DNA of 63,800 nucleotides, the filler included, from Collodictyon triciliatum (lineage: Eukaryota), in the NCBI GenBank assembly GCA_043381765.1. It is 50 parts of 50 records of this genome, joined end to end, with 100 filler letters (N's around TTAATTAATTAA, not from the genome) between each part and the next. Parts side by side here need not be neighbours in the genome. Positions count along the whole stretch, not along the records: positions 1 to 1,184 come from JBHJMP010011937.1; positions 1,285 to 2,468 come from JBHJMP010011938.1; positions 2,569 to 3,752 come from JBHJMP010011939.1; positions 3,853 to 5,030 come from JBHJMP010011940.1; positions 5,131 to 6,314 come from JBHJMP010011941.1; positions 6,415 to 7,597 come from JBHJMP010011942.1; positions 7,698 to 8,880 come from JBHJMP010011943.1; positions 8,981 to 10,163 come from JBHJMP010011944.1; 42 more parts are not named here. One strand, 5' to 3'. The notes below the pieces were generated by a model. That model worked only from the letters and a program-made list of their open reading frames with translations. It was not told the origin of the DNA and did not search any database. Position numbers and translations under genes: made by a program. Shown here piece by piece: positions 1 through 14,110 of this stretch. The stretch's first letter is position 1. Every line of letters begins with the position of its first letter.

Positions 1-1286
1 CATTCTCTCTCCTTTCTACTTTCTTTTTCTTTTCTTTTATTTTCTTTTTCCTTTTTTCTTTTTCTTTTTCTTTTTTTTCCTGGTGCAGGTGTAGATTTAA
101 CAAATCAAAAAACCACCCCTTCCTACCTCAAGTAAGTACAAAAAAGGAAATAGAAATTATGTATAAATTTGTAATACATTTTTGGAAACTGTCACAGCAT
201 TGTACAATAATACCTAATCTGGAATACCAATTGACTTTCGACTATTCTCTGACTCAGCATTTTTTATTCTTCCTAATCACAATCCCTTTCAGCTTTCTGA
301 TGTTTTGCCGTGACAGATGTCCTTCACTCAACCATTCTTCATCCGCCGTCCTTCTCAATCTTTTCGTTTTGTCCCGAAGGACGCTTAACACTAGCTGCCG
401 ATCGACTTGTTTGTGTATTTATTGGTTACTTTCTTGGCAACCACGGGGCATATTTTCAGCCGATCACCGGTCGATGCTCTCACACGCTCGATCGAAGGTT
501 CATTCCCTCTCTTATTCCCACAATCAACCGAGCACTTAATAAGAAAGCCTTTGATGAAATAGCATTGATGGTTGTCTGAATCAATATTCATCATTTATCT
601 TTTTGTTTTCATATGATGAAATGCATACACATCGCGTATCAAACATATCATAACTATATTTTTATTATTATTTTCTCTATTGTTTTCTTTTCCTTTTTCA
701 TTTTTTTCCTTCTTGGAATAACGGCATGGAGATCGAAAGCGCTGGCTTGAAGCAAACACACAACCGAGCGCAAGAATGGAGCCCTCCGCTCGACCAGAGG
801 TTCCCAGCCACACCTAATCGCCCACAAAGAACGCCTGGAAGCAGAACCTGTACGGAGCCGGCCGCCACGTCCGCCTTCGAGGTAAGCACAAATGCCCAGA
901 ACTACCACGCCCACATACAGGTAAGGAAAGAATAAGACCAAGTCCTGAAAGATCATGAGTGCCATAAAGAGAAGAGTATGAACCAGCTATTCGATCAACT
1001 TCAAGAATACACAGCATCCTTTTCCAAAAAAAAATAGTCGCAGAGACGAGAGTAAAATAATACTGAACTGCCTTTTTTCTGTGCCCATAACGAGAGAGGC
1101 CAGCTCTTTGCTACCCATTATCTGCCGCATTCCTCCGGGCTTCATCAAGGGCGACATCGAAGGTACGTGAAAAAACATCACCTCNNNNNNNNNNNNNNNN
1201 NNNNNNNNNNNNNNNNNNNNNNNNNNNNTTAATTAATTAANNNNNNNNNNNNNNNNNNNNNNNNNNNNNNNNNNNNNNNNNNNNTA

Positions 1287-2468
1287 GCAGACGAAGAAAG
1301 ATCCCCTGACCTCTCATTTAACTATGCTCAGATTGAAACTTTAATGCTTTCTAAGCTAGCTATTGAAGAATTGTATATCGAAAAAGTCAAGAAACGAACA
1401 GCTGACGAGGCACGTGCTAAACGAGCAGCCGCACTAGAAGAAAAAAGAAAAGAAGCCGCACTCAAAGAACAACAAAGAAAAAAAGAAATACTAGACCGCA
1501 AACTTCAAAAGAGAGCTGAACAAAATCAAAATCCAGAAGTTACTGAAAGACAGAGATTAGCTAATGAAATCGAATCACTTAGAAAAGAATTAGATTCTCA
1601 AACAGCCGTGTCCTCAATCAATCCTAAAGAGGTGCCACTGACTTTTCAAAAACAGCTTGACATTTTTAATCTTCGCAAACAGTTAGAAGCAATGAATGCA
1701 CAGAATGAATCATTAATTGATGGTGTTGATATAGCTGAGACCAACGCAATGACTGCCAATTTAATACAGGATATCGTGGAACTACAACGTGCCGCTGTGC
1801 GTGTGGTAGCTATCGAACAACTGGCCGAAGACGCAGAAGAAGAACAGATCGATTTGCTACTCGATTATCCTGACTTACTGGATCAACAACTCGATATATT
1901 AGATCAACAGTTTTTATTGTATGACCATCTGACACCCAAGAAAATTTCACAACCGCTTGACGACTCCTTTCGTTCTTTGGTTAACAGTGTCGATAGTCGG
2001 AATATCTCTTTCGAAAGCGCACTAGACATAGCCCTCCAAGTTAACGCAGATAACCCAGACACAACCGGAATTGACGATCAAGGCGGGTACCTTACAGCCG
2101 CACAGTCACCCATCTTTACACCTGGACAATCAGCACCAGCAACTCCTTTCATGTCACCTGCCAGAACACCAGTCAGACCCGGACCCCAAGCAAGACTTGG
2201 AGGCAATAATGTAACAACGGATAATTTTGCTAGACCCGGAGCGCCTTTACAACCCAGACCCAAGACAATATTAAGTCGTTCTGAATCAAGTGCCCAATCT
2301 GAACCGACTGTACAAACAACACAAGAGCAAAACACGTCTTTTGATATTGAGCAAGTCATACAAGAACGAGACGCCCTCAAAAAAGAATACGAAGAACTAA
2401 AGCGAAAGCATGCTATGATTCAGGAACTCGCCAAGCAATTACAAGAACGAGCACAATCTGATATGAGT
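1287..2468 (+). CDS. Intronless ORF fragment, coiled-coil plus Pro/Thr-rich; possible retroelement gag/ORF1-like protein
   Basis: Frame open across the whole contig (~390 aa), no introns. K/E/R-rich helical N-part, PGQSAPATPFMSPARTPVRP linker, then a coiled coil. No diagnostic motif seen. Confidence 0.45.
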
Positions 2469-3653
2469 NNNNNNNNNNNNNNNNNNNNNNNNNNNNNNNN
2501 NNNNNNNNNNNNTTAATTAATTAANNNNNNNNNNNNNNNNNNNNNNNNNNNNNNNNNNNNNNNNNNNNGTGGGATAGGAAAACAAGTTCTCTTTCAAAAA
2601 AATTAAAACCACCCAAATAACAGATTAAAATTGTTTTTTTTTTTTAAAAGGAAAAAAAAAAAAGTGAAAACCCCCCCCCCCCCATGCGTAATGTAGTCTA
2701 ACTAAGCGGCTCATTTTTCTTTTCTTTTCTTTTTTTTTTTATTAGAAAAAATCGATATTCAAAGAAGACGTAGATATAGAAACACAAACTGACTTGTCTA
2801 CTGAAGATAGGGCGACTCAAGTAAGATACAGGGACTGTATTTCTCTTATTTTTTTTTTTCTAAAAACGAATTTGAGGAGTTGCTGTACTCGTCAAATGCC
2901 AAAACCTCAACTATCGTACACAAAATGAAAAGGAGGCATAGAAACAGTATTTTTTTTTTAATCATACATAATTATTATTACTAAGCAAGTCTTCTTTTAC
3001 AGACTGTAGATATCGAACCTCAGATGATCACCAATGACAAGAAAGAATCTCAGCTCAAGAGAAGACATTCCTCAGGAGATCTTTACGATATCAACAGGCA
3101 AATCCTAGGACGTAGCGATACATTTGACCTTGATAATGCTATCTCAAGTATAAAATCATTCTTTTTTCAACCTGGACGTTCGCTTATTCGTAATAAGAAG
3201 GTACATCATAATGTTATCAATGCTCTGAAATTTTCATATATAAACTCTTGCCAGCATACTTTGGGAAAATACATGGATAAATAATTGAAATATATCCAGG
3301 ACAACCACAGCGAATCTGACTATGAATTGAATGAAGACATGGACCAAGCAGTAATAGTAAATGACGATACTAGCCAAGAAATGTCAGATCAAATAAGTAC
3401 ACTGTCTGATGGCACGCATAAGCACCACAATCTTAACAGGAGGGCTTCTTCAAAAAAGCTCTTTAATCAAACGAAAGATGTATGTAAATTTCATCGGATT
3501 TTTGTTGATTACAAACTGTGTGTGTCTTGTTTTGCCTTTTATTTCAACACATAATGGAAGAATTACGGGAATCATAAAAATTTCTGATTACTCACTCTAT
3601 CCACTCCTTCCAAACACGCTCAGAGAGGAAGAATTAAAAAAATCCCCTCGTAA

Positions 3654-3752
<99 letters not shown>
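3654..3752. repeat. (AAT)n microsatellite at contig end; similar tracts at ~17771-17860, 24361-24455, 39478-39585, 51190-51286, 57348-57434
   Basis: Direct inspection; explains the poly-I/N/Y/L spurious ORFs. Confidence 0.97.
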
Positions 3753-5146
3753 NNNNNNNNNNNNNNNNNNNNNNNNNNNNNNNNNNNNNNNNNNNNTTAA
3801 TTAATTAANNNNNNNNNNNNNNNNNNNNNNNNNNNNNNNNNNNNNNNNNNNNATGAGCGAAAGACATATATTTCATCCTATGCAAAAATATTGTAAGGTA
3901 TGTTGATTTTGTTTGCATATATTGTGTTCCTGGAAGATTTTGCTATTTTTTATTATTAAATTATATGTAAGAAATCATAATTTACACAACCTGTGTGGAC
4001 AGTATTCTACTCTTGCGCGTGTGTCACTTGCTCTCAATATGATAATTTTATTATATATTTCTTATGAAATATATGTTATTGTAATTTCTTCAAGATGCAG
4101 GCTTTGCGTGGTCTGTTCAACTTTACTACTTTCTTTCAGCTTGTAAGGCACCGGCAGTGTTGTTCAACTATTAAAGCAATATTTATTTTGTAAAATATTA
4201 AGTTGTTATTATATGTATGTATTTAAAGATTTTTAGCAAACGTGTTCATAAAGCTTCAGAGCGTATAAGCATAGGCGATATTTCTACCTGTTGTTGCAGT
4301 AGAGAATGTTAAGTAATTTCGCATGACACTGTCCTTATTCTGTTTGTAAGGTCTCTATTTATCCACATCACTAGCACATTTGTGAGTGATGCGACTCCAC
4401 ATGCGGCTCTTCTATCTGTTCGCATACTTGTTAGCTACTGAGGCGAAAACAAACAAAAAAAAATATGTAAAATCATATTGCATAAATAATAATAAAATAA
4501 TTATGAATAATTCAAACTGACTTAAACATACTGGATTTGCATTAACACCAAGAGAAGTAAACCCTGTCAAGAAAAGTATTTATGGTGGTATCAAACAAGA
4601 ATAATTTAAAGAATAGTTTTATCAAAACAAATATTCGAATAAGAAAAGCATTGAAAGGAACAGTTTCAGATTCTTTGCTTTTAAGAAACAGAAATACACA
4701 CTCAAGCAAGGTGGTAATATTGTGAACATCAGTAATTGCTCTCTGCTCCCTTATAAAAACAATTTTTTGAGGTATTCCAGCGAAAAACTAGCAAGCGTTT
4801 TTAATATATTCCTTACAAATGTACAAGCAAATCAATAAGCTTGTGGTGATGCGTTGAAGGTTTTTTATAATTTGCCAAACATATTTTATAATAGATACAA
4901 AAATTTAGATGACAATGGTTTTGTACATATAAGTTATGTTGCTTTTAATTGATTCAAGGTAGCAGTTTTTTATTTTTCCTTGGTTTCATTTCAACTATTT
5001 ACTAATAGAAAACAAAGTCGAGCTGCTGCCNNNNNNNNNNNNNNNNNNNNNNNNNNNNNNNNNNNNNNNNNNNNTTAATTAATTAANNNNNNNNNNNNNN
5101 NNNNNNNNNNNNNNNNNNNNNNNNNNNNNNTTTGAAAATGATGCCA

Positions 5147-5185
<39 letters not shown>

Positions 5186-5186
<1 letters not shown>

Positions 5187-5558
5187 ATTTCATCGATTGT
5201 TGGGAGTGGTTGTGATTTCAATATGTAACATCTTGCAAACAGATAAGTGTCCGTGACCAAATTATGACACAATTGAACTGTATCGTTGATTTTCGTGATA
5301 GTCGTCCGGATTCTTTACATTCGACTCCAGAGATGTTTTCACATTTCGATAATATGGTTTTACAGACCTTAGATTCCCAAACTCAAGGCGTTTTCTTTTC
5401 TTCATGTGAAGGTCTTTGTTTTACGTTTTCCTTTAGAGAACTACCGAGTTTTCAGTTTTAATCAGCCTTAAGTCAATCAGTCGATTTAATATATATATAA
5501 TTGCATAAAATCAATTGAGGTAAAATTAAGCATCCACCGAGACTCTCAAAATGTGCGC
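5186..5558 (-). mobile_element. Fanzor element copy A: 5' region and frameshifted N-terminal coding fragment
   Basis: Minus-strand ATG at 5405 gives MKKRKRLEFGNLRSVKPYYRNVKTSLESNVKNPDDY / frameshift / KINDTVQLCHNLVTDTYLFARCYILKSQPLPTIDEM. Colinear and highly similar to 50680-51060, including the upstream non-coding DNA. Confidence 0.85.
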
Positions 5559-6213
5559 ATTGTGGCAAACAAACGCAAAGTTTTTTTTCAAGAGATTTGA
5601 ACAAAACGCTGAGAGCCGACTCGGCAAGTTCGAAAGGACGGCCGTGTAGCCATTGCGACTGAAAGTCAACGTATCAGCCCCAACCAACATGATTACTGCC
5701 ACAAGTGTGGATAGTATACTTTTTTGAAATGCATGTTTGGCGGCAGGTTTATGGGCTGATTTCTGTATGGGACAACGCAACCGCTTGTTTGTCAGTTTTG
5801 AATTTTTGAATGAATATTACATAAATGGAAAATAAAATATAAGCTGATTATAGGAATTGAATGAACTTATTAAGTATTTTTAACTATATTATATATACTA
5901 ATCATACTACAATATTATTCAGGTTCTTTCTTGGATTCATCAAGGCTCCTGTTTTCGTCAATCCAGATTTAATTCGATGGTTTTCAGTGCAAAAAACTGC
6001 TTTTGGTGAGTACACTTTTGTTGTATAAAAAGTGTTATGGCTTGAAAGGGATAAAACCAAGTTGGTCACAACCTTTGCAATGAAGCCTATCCATTTACAG
6101 GCTGAATGAGACCGAAGAGAAAGAAAAAAAAAAAAAGATGAATGAATCAGAGCAACTAATACTGAGCACCATATGCATACTGATCTTGCTGCCCGAAGCC
6201 TTTTTTTATTCCG

Positions 6214-6511
<298 letters not shown>

Positions 6512-8703
6512 CCTTGACTTAAAAAATAAGATTTCATTTTGCTTTCATATTGTAATCATAAATTAGAATTGACTAATTCCCTTTTATGTGAGCTGCAACA
6601 CGCTTATTCATATTTTTGATAATTCAGTGCCTGAGTTAAAATTGCATTCATCCTTAGAATAAAACTCTTGATATATTGCCCGAGAAGGATTTTCACGAGG
6701 CGGTTGTCAACTTTGTTGAAAAGGAAGATAAGGATGCAATTTCAAAGTATAATTCTGCACACAATGTCAATCATGTCGTCAAATGACTATACCGTATTTA
6801 AATGTGGTCTAATATAATTATTTTTTTTTTAAACAATCACGACATGTCGGGGGGTTTTTTTTAGCTATGTGCTTAAAGCTCTGGAAGCAGCAGAATGTCA
6901 CATAATTCCTATGATAGAGAAAGGAAGAATCACCAATGATATAGTATCTTTAGCAAATGTATAATTTTGAAGTTCAGCGATCTCTATTTATTTGTCATGA
7001 ATATAATGTGCTTCTTCTTTGTTCTTTCAGCTTGCGACAAAGGAACACAAGGCACTTTAGTCTTTGATAATTTTTCCCCCTTTACCCAATTCAAGGGATA
7101 GTCCCTGATATATTAAACGAAAAAGCCCTTACTAATAAATATTCCTGGTAAATAGAAAGCGAAGCAGCAATTAATCAAGGACCCTGCACAATCGAAGAAG
7201 CCCTTGCTATCAGTTTGCACAATTTGCTTTTTCTCATGCTACCCTTATGTCTAGATACAAGGATTTATATTACCTAATTCATTACCATAGACAACCAGAG
7301 TCAAATCGGAATCGAGCGTAAGTTCGCTCCAGAAAGTCTCTGATGGGAATAAAAGCGAAGACGATATGGTCACAAATATCGATGAGTTTATAAAGTATGA
7401 GGGTAAGCCATATCATACATGTCAAGGAAAGCATTAACTGCGTTGCTAAAACAAAACAAAACAAAACAAAACAAAACAAAACAAAACAAAACAAAACAAA
7501 ACAAAACAAAACAAAACAAAACAAAACAAAACAAAACAAAACAAAACAGAACAAAACAGAACAAAACAGAACAAAACAGAACAAAACAAAACAAAACNNN
7601 NNNNNNNNNNNNNNNNNNNNNNNNNNNNNNNNNNNNNNNNNTTAATTAATTAANNNNNNNNNNNNNNNNNNNNNNNNNNNNNNNNNNNNNNNNNNNNAAA
7701 CATAACAAAAAAACATAACAAAAAAACATAACAAAAAAACATAACAAAAAAACATAACAAAAAAACATAACAAAAAAACATAACAAAAAAACATAACAAA
7801 TAACAAACAAACAAAAACAAACAAGCAACAATCATGAAAACAAGTCAAACCGCTAAAATCAGAACCGATCACACCAATTTTTGTTACGGGGGTGTGGGTG
7901 ACAATCCTTGGGGTAAATAAACAGAAGCGTTGTAACGCAATGCGGGAGGCACAAGTGTCACCAGCGACAAATAAATTATGCGATCCACACTGCGTTAATC
8001 AGGCGAACTATGTAAAATATGGCTGTTTCTATTGCGGCCATGCACCCGCTGCTGAGCTTCTACTCAGGGTGCCGCAAGAGGATTGAGTAGAGATATCAAA
8101 TACAACATTCTTTCCTAAGCGCAACGCGATGCAGCAGATTAAAGGCAAGGGCATGCCATCATACATATCCTGCTGCGATCTGACCTAATTCTACGAATCG
8201 ATATATCAGGATAATATAAGATTGTTTTTATTCAACCCATCCGAAATTGAACATTTTCTTCATTTCATACAATTCATACCGAGATTAAAGGAGTGATGGC
8301 TAGAAATGCTAGTTGTGAACAAATAGATCTGCCCGAGAATAAATTACACACGAATGAGTTGCGGTCTTGACCCCGAAGAGATATGGCGAATGCACACATC
8401 ATCACATCAATCGCTTCACACTTTGAATTCCTTCGCGATGATAATGCAAGGCAGAATACTATGGATCTATTTTGCATATTCGCTCTTGAAAAATAATCTG
8501 ATATTGTTTTAAAACATGCTGGTATTGACGTGCTTCTGTAACTTTTAATGGTGCCACACATGTCATTTTCGGGTAGGTGTATACGAGGGACTGCGTTAGG
8601 TCAAATCCAAGCTACTTGTCTTACATGTACAAGAAACATTTTTTTTATCAATATTGCTATTATTTTCATTAATAGTACTGGGCACATGATAAAAGAAAGA
8701 AAT

Positions 8704-8880
8704 GAGAGATAAGAAAGAGATAAGAAAGAGATAAGAAAGAGATAAGAAAGAGATAAGAAAGAGATAAGAAAGAGATAAGAAAGAGATAAGAAAGAGATAA
8801 GAAAGAGATAAGAAAGAGATAAGAAAGAGATAAGAAAGAGATAAGAAAGAGATAAGAAAGAGATAAGAAAGAGATAAGAA
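8704..8880. repeat. 11-bp tandem repeat (AAGAAAGAGAT)n
   Basis: Direct inspection. Confidence 0.95.
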
Positions 8881-10263
8881 NNNNNNNNNNNNNNNNNNNN
8901 NNNNNNNNNNNNNNNNNNNNNNNNTTAATTAATTAANNNNNNNNNNNNNNNNNNNNNNNNNNNNNNNNNNNNNNNNNNNNAAAGCATAAAAGCATAAAAG
9001 CATAAAAGCATAAAAGCATAAAAGCATAAAAGCATAAAAGCATAAAAGCATAAAAGCATAAAAGCATAAAAGCATAAAAGCATAAAGGCATAAAGGCATA
9101 AAGAAATAGAAAAAAGAAAAAAGAAAAAAGAAAAAAGAAAAAAGAAAAAAGAAAAAAGAAAAAAGAAAAAAGAAAAAGAAAAAGAAAAAGAAAAAAGAAA
9201 AAGAAAAAGAAAAAAGAAAAAAGAAAAAGAAAAAGAAAAAGAAAACTACTTTTCATAGCGGCGATCCCAATACTCGCGCGTTTTGTATTCTTCGTTCTTC
9301 TCGGGAAGGATTTCCATCGACTCTACTGGTCTGTCGTTAATTCACTTAGCATGAAAATACGCGCACTCATCGAATCACACACCTTTGCTTTTTCAATGGT
9401 TTCAAAAACACTCAGAACCAAATACAGACAATACAAATAAAAATAGAAGAGTTGAAAAAGTATGACACGCCGAAGAACAACAGCAAAAGACAGAAAAAAA
9501 AAAGGGGTTTGTGTGGGTGTCAGAAGCACAGAGGGAGCCGTCGAGGATGAAAAGACAACAGCAAAGTAAGAGCAAGATTCAAGATAATTCGTATGATCCA
9601 TTTATTCAAGGGTGAAAGGCAAAGAGTCAGCGGCATCATCAGCGATGTATTCTTCAAAACACAGAGACACGCAGAGCGCCAAGCTTCAGCTTTCCCAATA
9701 AGCCAGAGACGTAGCGATTCAGAAACCTGTGCAAGGGCAATGCGAATAAATTCTATATAGCATTTCTCTCACGGAGGGAAGAGGAGAGCTGAGGAAACGA
9801 TGATGAGCCACGAGATATAATGCAGCAGATGACAACTCAGTGTGTGGATACCAGAGAAACAATCCCTATAGACTTACGAGAATAGAGTAATGAAGAACAG
9901 AGCGAAATAAACAACCAGTTTGAACCCCCCTTCCCTCCGAAGTTCGGATGCTTGAGAATATGCGGTCGCGGGGTTCACCAAGTGGGATTTTGTCGTGTAT
10001 CTGAAAGAACAAATGGATGTCTGAGAAAGTTTCATGGGGTGGATATGGACAATAAATATTGAAGCTTGTGAATCCCAAACGAAACCAAACAAAAAAACAA
10101 AAAAACAAAAAAACAAAAAAACAAAAAAACAAAAAAAAAAAAAAACAAAAAAACAAAAAAACANNNNNNNNNNNNNNNNNNNNNNNNNNNNNNNNNNNNN
10201 NNNNNNNTTAATTAATTAANNNNNNNNNNNNNNNNNNNNNNNNNNNNNNNNNNNNNNNNNNNN

Positions 10264-11446
10264 ATTGCTCTCAGTATTCCCGAATGTGTTCGATTGAGTA
10301 TGGAGTGGTGTTTGCTGAATGCTCTCAGTATTCCCGAATGTGTTTGATTGAGTATTTAGTGGCGTTTGTTGATTGCTTTCAGTATTCCCGAATGTATTTG
10401 ATTGAGTATGGAGTGGTGTTTGCTGAATGCTCTCAGTATTCCCGAATGTGTTTGATTGAGTATTTAGTGGTGTTTGCTGATTGCTTTCAGTATTCCCGAA
10501 TGTATTTGATTGAGTATGGAGTGGTGTGTGTTGATTGCTCTCAATTTTCCCGAATGTCTTTGATTGAGTATTTAGTGGCGTTTTCTGATTGCTCTCAGTA
10601 TTCCCGAATGTTTTGGATTGAGTATGGAGTGGTGTTTGCTGAATGCTCTCAGTATTCCCGAATGTCTTTGATTGAGTATTGAGTGGTGTTTGCTGATTGC
10701 TTTCAGTATTCCCAAATGTATTTGATTGAGTATTAAGTGGTGTTTGTTGATTGCTTTCAGTATTCCCAAATGTATTTGATTGAGTATGGAGTGTTGTTTG
10801 CAGATTGCTTTCAGTATTCCCCAATGTCTTTGATTGAGTATGGAGTGGCGTTTGCTGAATGCTCTCAGTATTCCCGAATGTTTTGGATTGAGTATGGAGT
10901 GGTGTTTGTTGATTGCTCTCAGTATTCCCGAATGTGTTTGATTGAGTATTTAGTGGTGTTTCCTGATTGCTTTCAGTATTCCCGAATGTTTTGGATTGAG
11001 TATGGAATGGCGTTTGTTGATTGCTCTCAATTTTCCCGAATGTGTTTGATTGAGTATTTAGTGGTGTTTGCTGAATGCTCTCAGTATTCCCGAATGTTTT
11101 GGATTGAGTATGGAGTGGTGTTTGCTGAATGCTCTCAGTATTCCCGAATGTGTTTGATTGAGTATTTAGTGGTGTTTGCTGATTGCTTTCAGTATTCCCA
11201 AATGTATTTGATTGGGTATGGAGTGGTGTTTGCTGATTGCTTTCAGTATTCCCAAATGTCTTTGATTGGGTATTTAGTGGTGTTTGCTGATTGCTCTCGG
11301 TATTCCCGAATGTATTTGATTGAGTATGGAGTGGTGTTTGTTGATTGCTCTCAGTATTCCCGAATGTGTTCGATTGAGTATGGAGTGGTGTTTGCTGAAT
11401 GCTCTCAGTATTCCCGAATGTGTTTGATTGAGTATTTAGTGGTGTT
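10264..11446 (-). repeat. 54-bp tandem repeat (~22 units), probably coding an 18-aa repeat (TFGNTESNQQTPLNTQSN); FG-repeat-like protein fragment
   Basis: Unit TCAGTATTCCCGAATGTGTTCGATTGAGTATGGAGTGGTGTTTGCTGAATGCTC and variants fill the contig. The minus frame appears stop-free throughout; the plus frame has stops near 10680 and 10734. Confidence 0.85.
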
Positions 11447-12829
11447 NNNNNNNNNNNNNNNNNNNNNNNNNNNNNNNNNNNNNNNNNNNNTTAATTAATT
11501 AANNNNNNNNNNNNNNNNNNNNNNNNNNNNNNNNNNNNNNNNNNNNTTGCCCGCTCCAGCATCCGGTTTCCTTCCTCGCGGACCGTGGTTGATGAAGTGC
11601 TTGCGGAGGCCATTGCGCTGATGAGCTTTCGTCCTTTTCTATGCGGTTTGGTGATCGGTTACGATACGGGTGATGGTGAGTGCATCGACATGTGAATGAC
11701 AAGAGCAGGCGATATGGCCTTTAAATGCATTATTATTCTTTCGTTTTTTGTAAACCAAAAAAGCCAAATGTCAAGATTCAGAGAATAGATGACCCAGCAA
11801 AAGGCTTTGCAACAAGTTTCGGATACAAATGTCTTTATATTATGTTATATACATATAGAATACTAATTTAGTTGATTGTCAATCGTATTGGTAGCTATTT
11901 TAATTATAAAATGATTATTAATTATAAATTCCAAATTTGTGAAGTTTTTCAAGGCTTAATTGAGATTGTCTTCGTCCATAAACGCCGAGTGGAAAAAGGT
12001 ACAAACAAAAAAAGGACATTCCTTCTGTTAGGATTTCGCCGGCCATCGAAGCTAAACGAAAGCAAAATAAAAATAAAATGAAAATAAAATGAAAATAAAA
12101 CGAAAATAAAGCGAAAACGAGAAAATAACAACTTCAAGCTCCCTCAAGTATGTAACAAAAGGCTAGCACCGATCGCCCTTCCCTTCTTTTCTTTACATTT
12201 TTATGTATAAATCGTAGTATTTTCCCCCTTTTTTCCCGTTTGTTTTGTATATATTGTGGTATTTAATATGGCTTCCTCTTAAGAAAAAAAAAGTCTGGTT
12301 TCAACCCTTGTCATTCGTACTTATTTTTATTTTAACTTTCTCATTGAGGTTCACTGCCTCAGTTTCGGCAACGTTATTCAAGTTTGATCTAGGAACTTAA
12401 TTCAGTAATTACTTCTTTTTTTTTATTTCCGAAGAAACCAACATGGGAGCTAAGTGCTCGACTGAGAAAGGGTTCGCGAACGCAGAAGGGGGAGATGATT
12501 GCGAGTCGTTTATATTTCGCGTGAGATGCTCGCGAGAATCCAACAAGGTTTCTTCTTATTTGAACAGTTGCATTTTCTCTCTTGTCAAAACAAAGCAAAA
12601 CAAAGCAAAACAAAGCAAAACAAAGAAAAAGAAAACAAAAGAAAACAAAAGAAAACAAAAGAAAACAAAAGAAAACAAAAGAAAACAAAAGAAAACAAAA
12701 GAAAACAAAAGAAAACAAAAGAAAACAAANNNNNNNNNNNNNNNNNNNNNNNNNNNNNNNNNNNNNNNNNNNNTTAATTAATTAANNNNNNNNNNNNNNN
12801 NNNNNNNNNNNNNNNNNNNNNNNNNNNNN

Positions 12830-13674
12830 AAGGTGGATGACATGAAAACCCTTAGTACTTTACCATCCTGAACCATTCTCCACTTTTCTTTCTCTCTAGA
12901 GTAAACCGAATTAGGAATGAACGAAGGACTATGGACGGCTATATCTTCATCCTGCTGAGACTCAATTCCCCCTTCCTGTTTTGCGTCCAAAGGTTCGTCC
13001 AATTCAGGCTCGGCTGATGGTCCCAGGTTGTCTTCTAGGCCAGGAAGCTCTTGCGTAGCGTCATCGAGTGCATTAAGTTGGTTTAAATCATCAGCTTCTT
13101 CATCACACATTTCAGGGTCTTCTAGTAGGGCACCACAGGGCTTCTCCAGTTCGCCCTCATTATCAAGATCTTCCTCAGCTACACACTCCTGAGAATTCTC
13201 GTTCGAAGCCTCCTCAAGAAAGTCTGCTTCACTTTCACCTTCTGTCTTACCTTTTATATCTTGTTCTTCAGGTGTTTCCCTCAAGTCATTGCAAGATTCA
13301 AGGAATGCAGGTTCATCTCTCGTGTCATCATTTTCCCCTTTGAGCTCTTCAACTTCGTCTTTATCATCTACACTGTCATCCTGCTTATCTTCGTTCTCTT
13401 CGCTGTCTATGTATTTCTCAAGCTCTTCCTTATCCTCTCTTTCCTCGGGATTTTCAGCGAAAACTCCATCAAATGCGTGTTCTTCCTCCTTAGCTTTAAC
13501 CTCGTAGATTTTAAGGGTGTCCTCATGTAGATTCTCTGGTTCGATCTCACTCTTTTCTTCTTGTTGGTTTGCGAATAGAATTGGTTTTTGTTGTTCATCA
13601 TTGTCATTGGCGAACTCATAAGGCGAACTCTGTCTTCGTGAAGGCCACCAACCAAGTAGTCGGGAGAAAAACAT
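12830..13674 (-). CDS. 5' part of an acidic protein entering a DUF4062 domain
   Basis: MFFSRLLGWW start, long D/E-rich region, ending at contig edge in KVLRVFMSST, the start of DUF4062 (RVFxSSTF). Confidence 0.75.
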
Positions 13675-14110
13675 TTCCCTAAATTCGATTTTTTTTTCCG
13701 ATGAATGTTAGTGACCATTCTTCATGATACTCTACTTTTCTAATTTTTTCTTTCATTAAAAGAGAATAAAAATAAAATAAAAAAGCTCCCTATAACCATT
13801 CAGACTAAATCTATTTCATCATGTAATTTCGTACACATCCATCCTGGCTTACACACAGCCTAGATAGGCACTCTTTTCTATGCAACCATCTTTGTGTGGT
13901 ATGGTTAATTAATTATGTGAGTCCTCCTGCCCTCCTCCATATTCAAACCAGTAATTATATTTTGAGTCATTTAAAGGGCGTAGGCAACGTATAAAAAGGC
14001 ACACTCGTTTNNNNNNNNNNNNNNNNNNNNNNNNNNNNNNNNNNNNNNNNNNNNTTAATTAATTAANNNNNNNNNNNNNNNNNNNNNNNNNNNNNNNNNN
14101 NNNNNNNNNN

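Noticed and set aside
159-1181. Several overlapping short ORFs in the first contig
   Set aside because: Splice-like signals are present, but no consistent frame or recognisable protein could be established.
1185-1284. Recurrent TTAATTAATTAA palindrome as a biological motif
   Set aside because: Always centred in N-runs of fixed length; an artificial six-frame stop linker.
5620-5645. Possible terminal inverted repeat with the Fanzor right end (GTTCGAAAGG vs CTTTCGAC)
   Set aside because: The match is too short and gapped to distinguish from chance.
10264-11446. CRISPR array
   Set aside because: The whole 54-bp unit repeats with no unique spacers; it is a tandem minisatellite.
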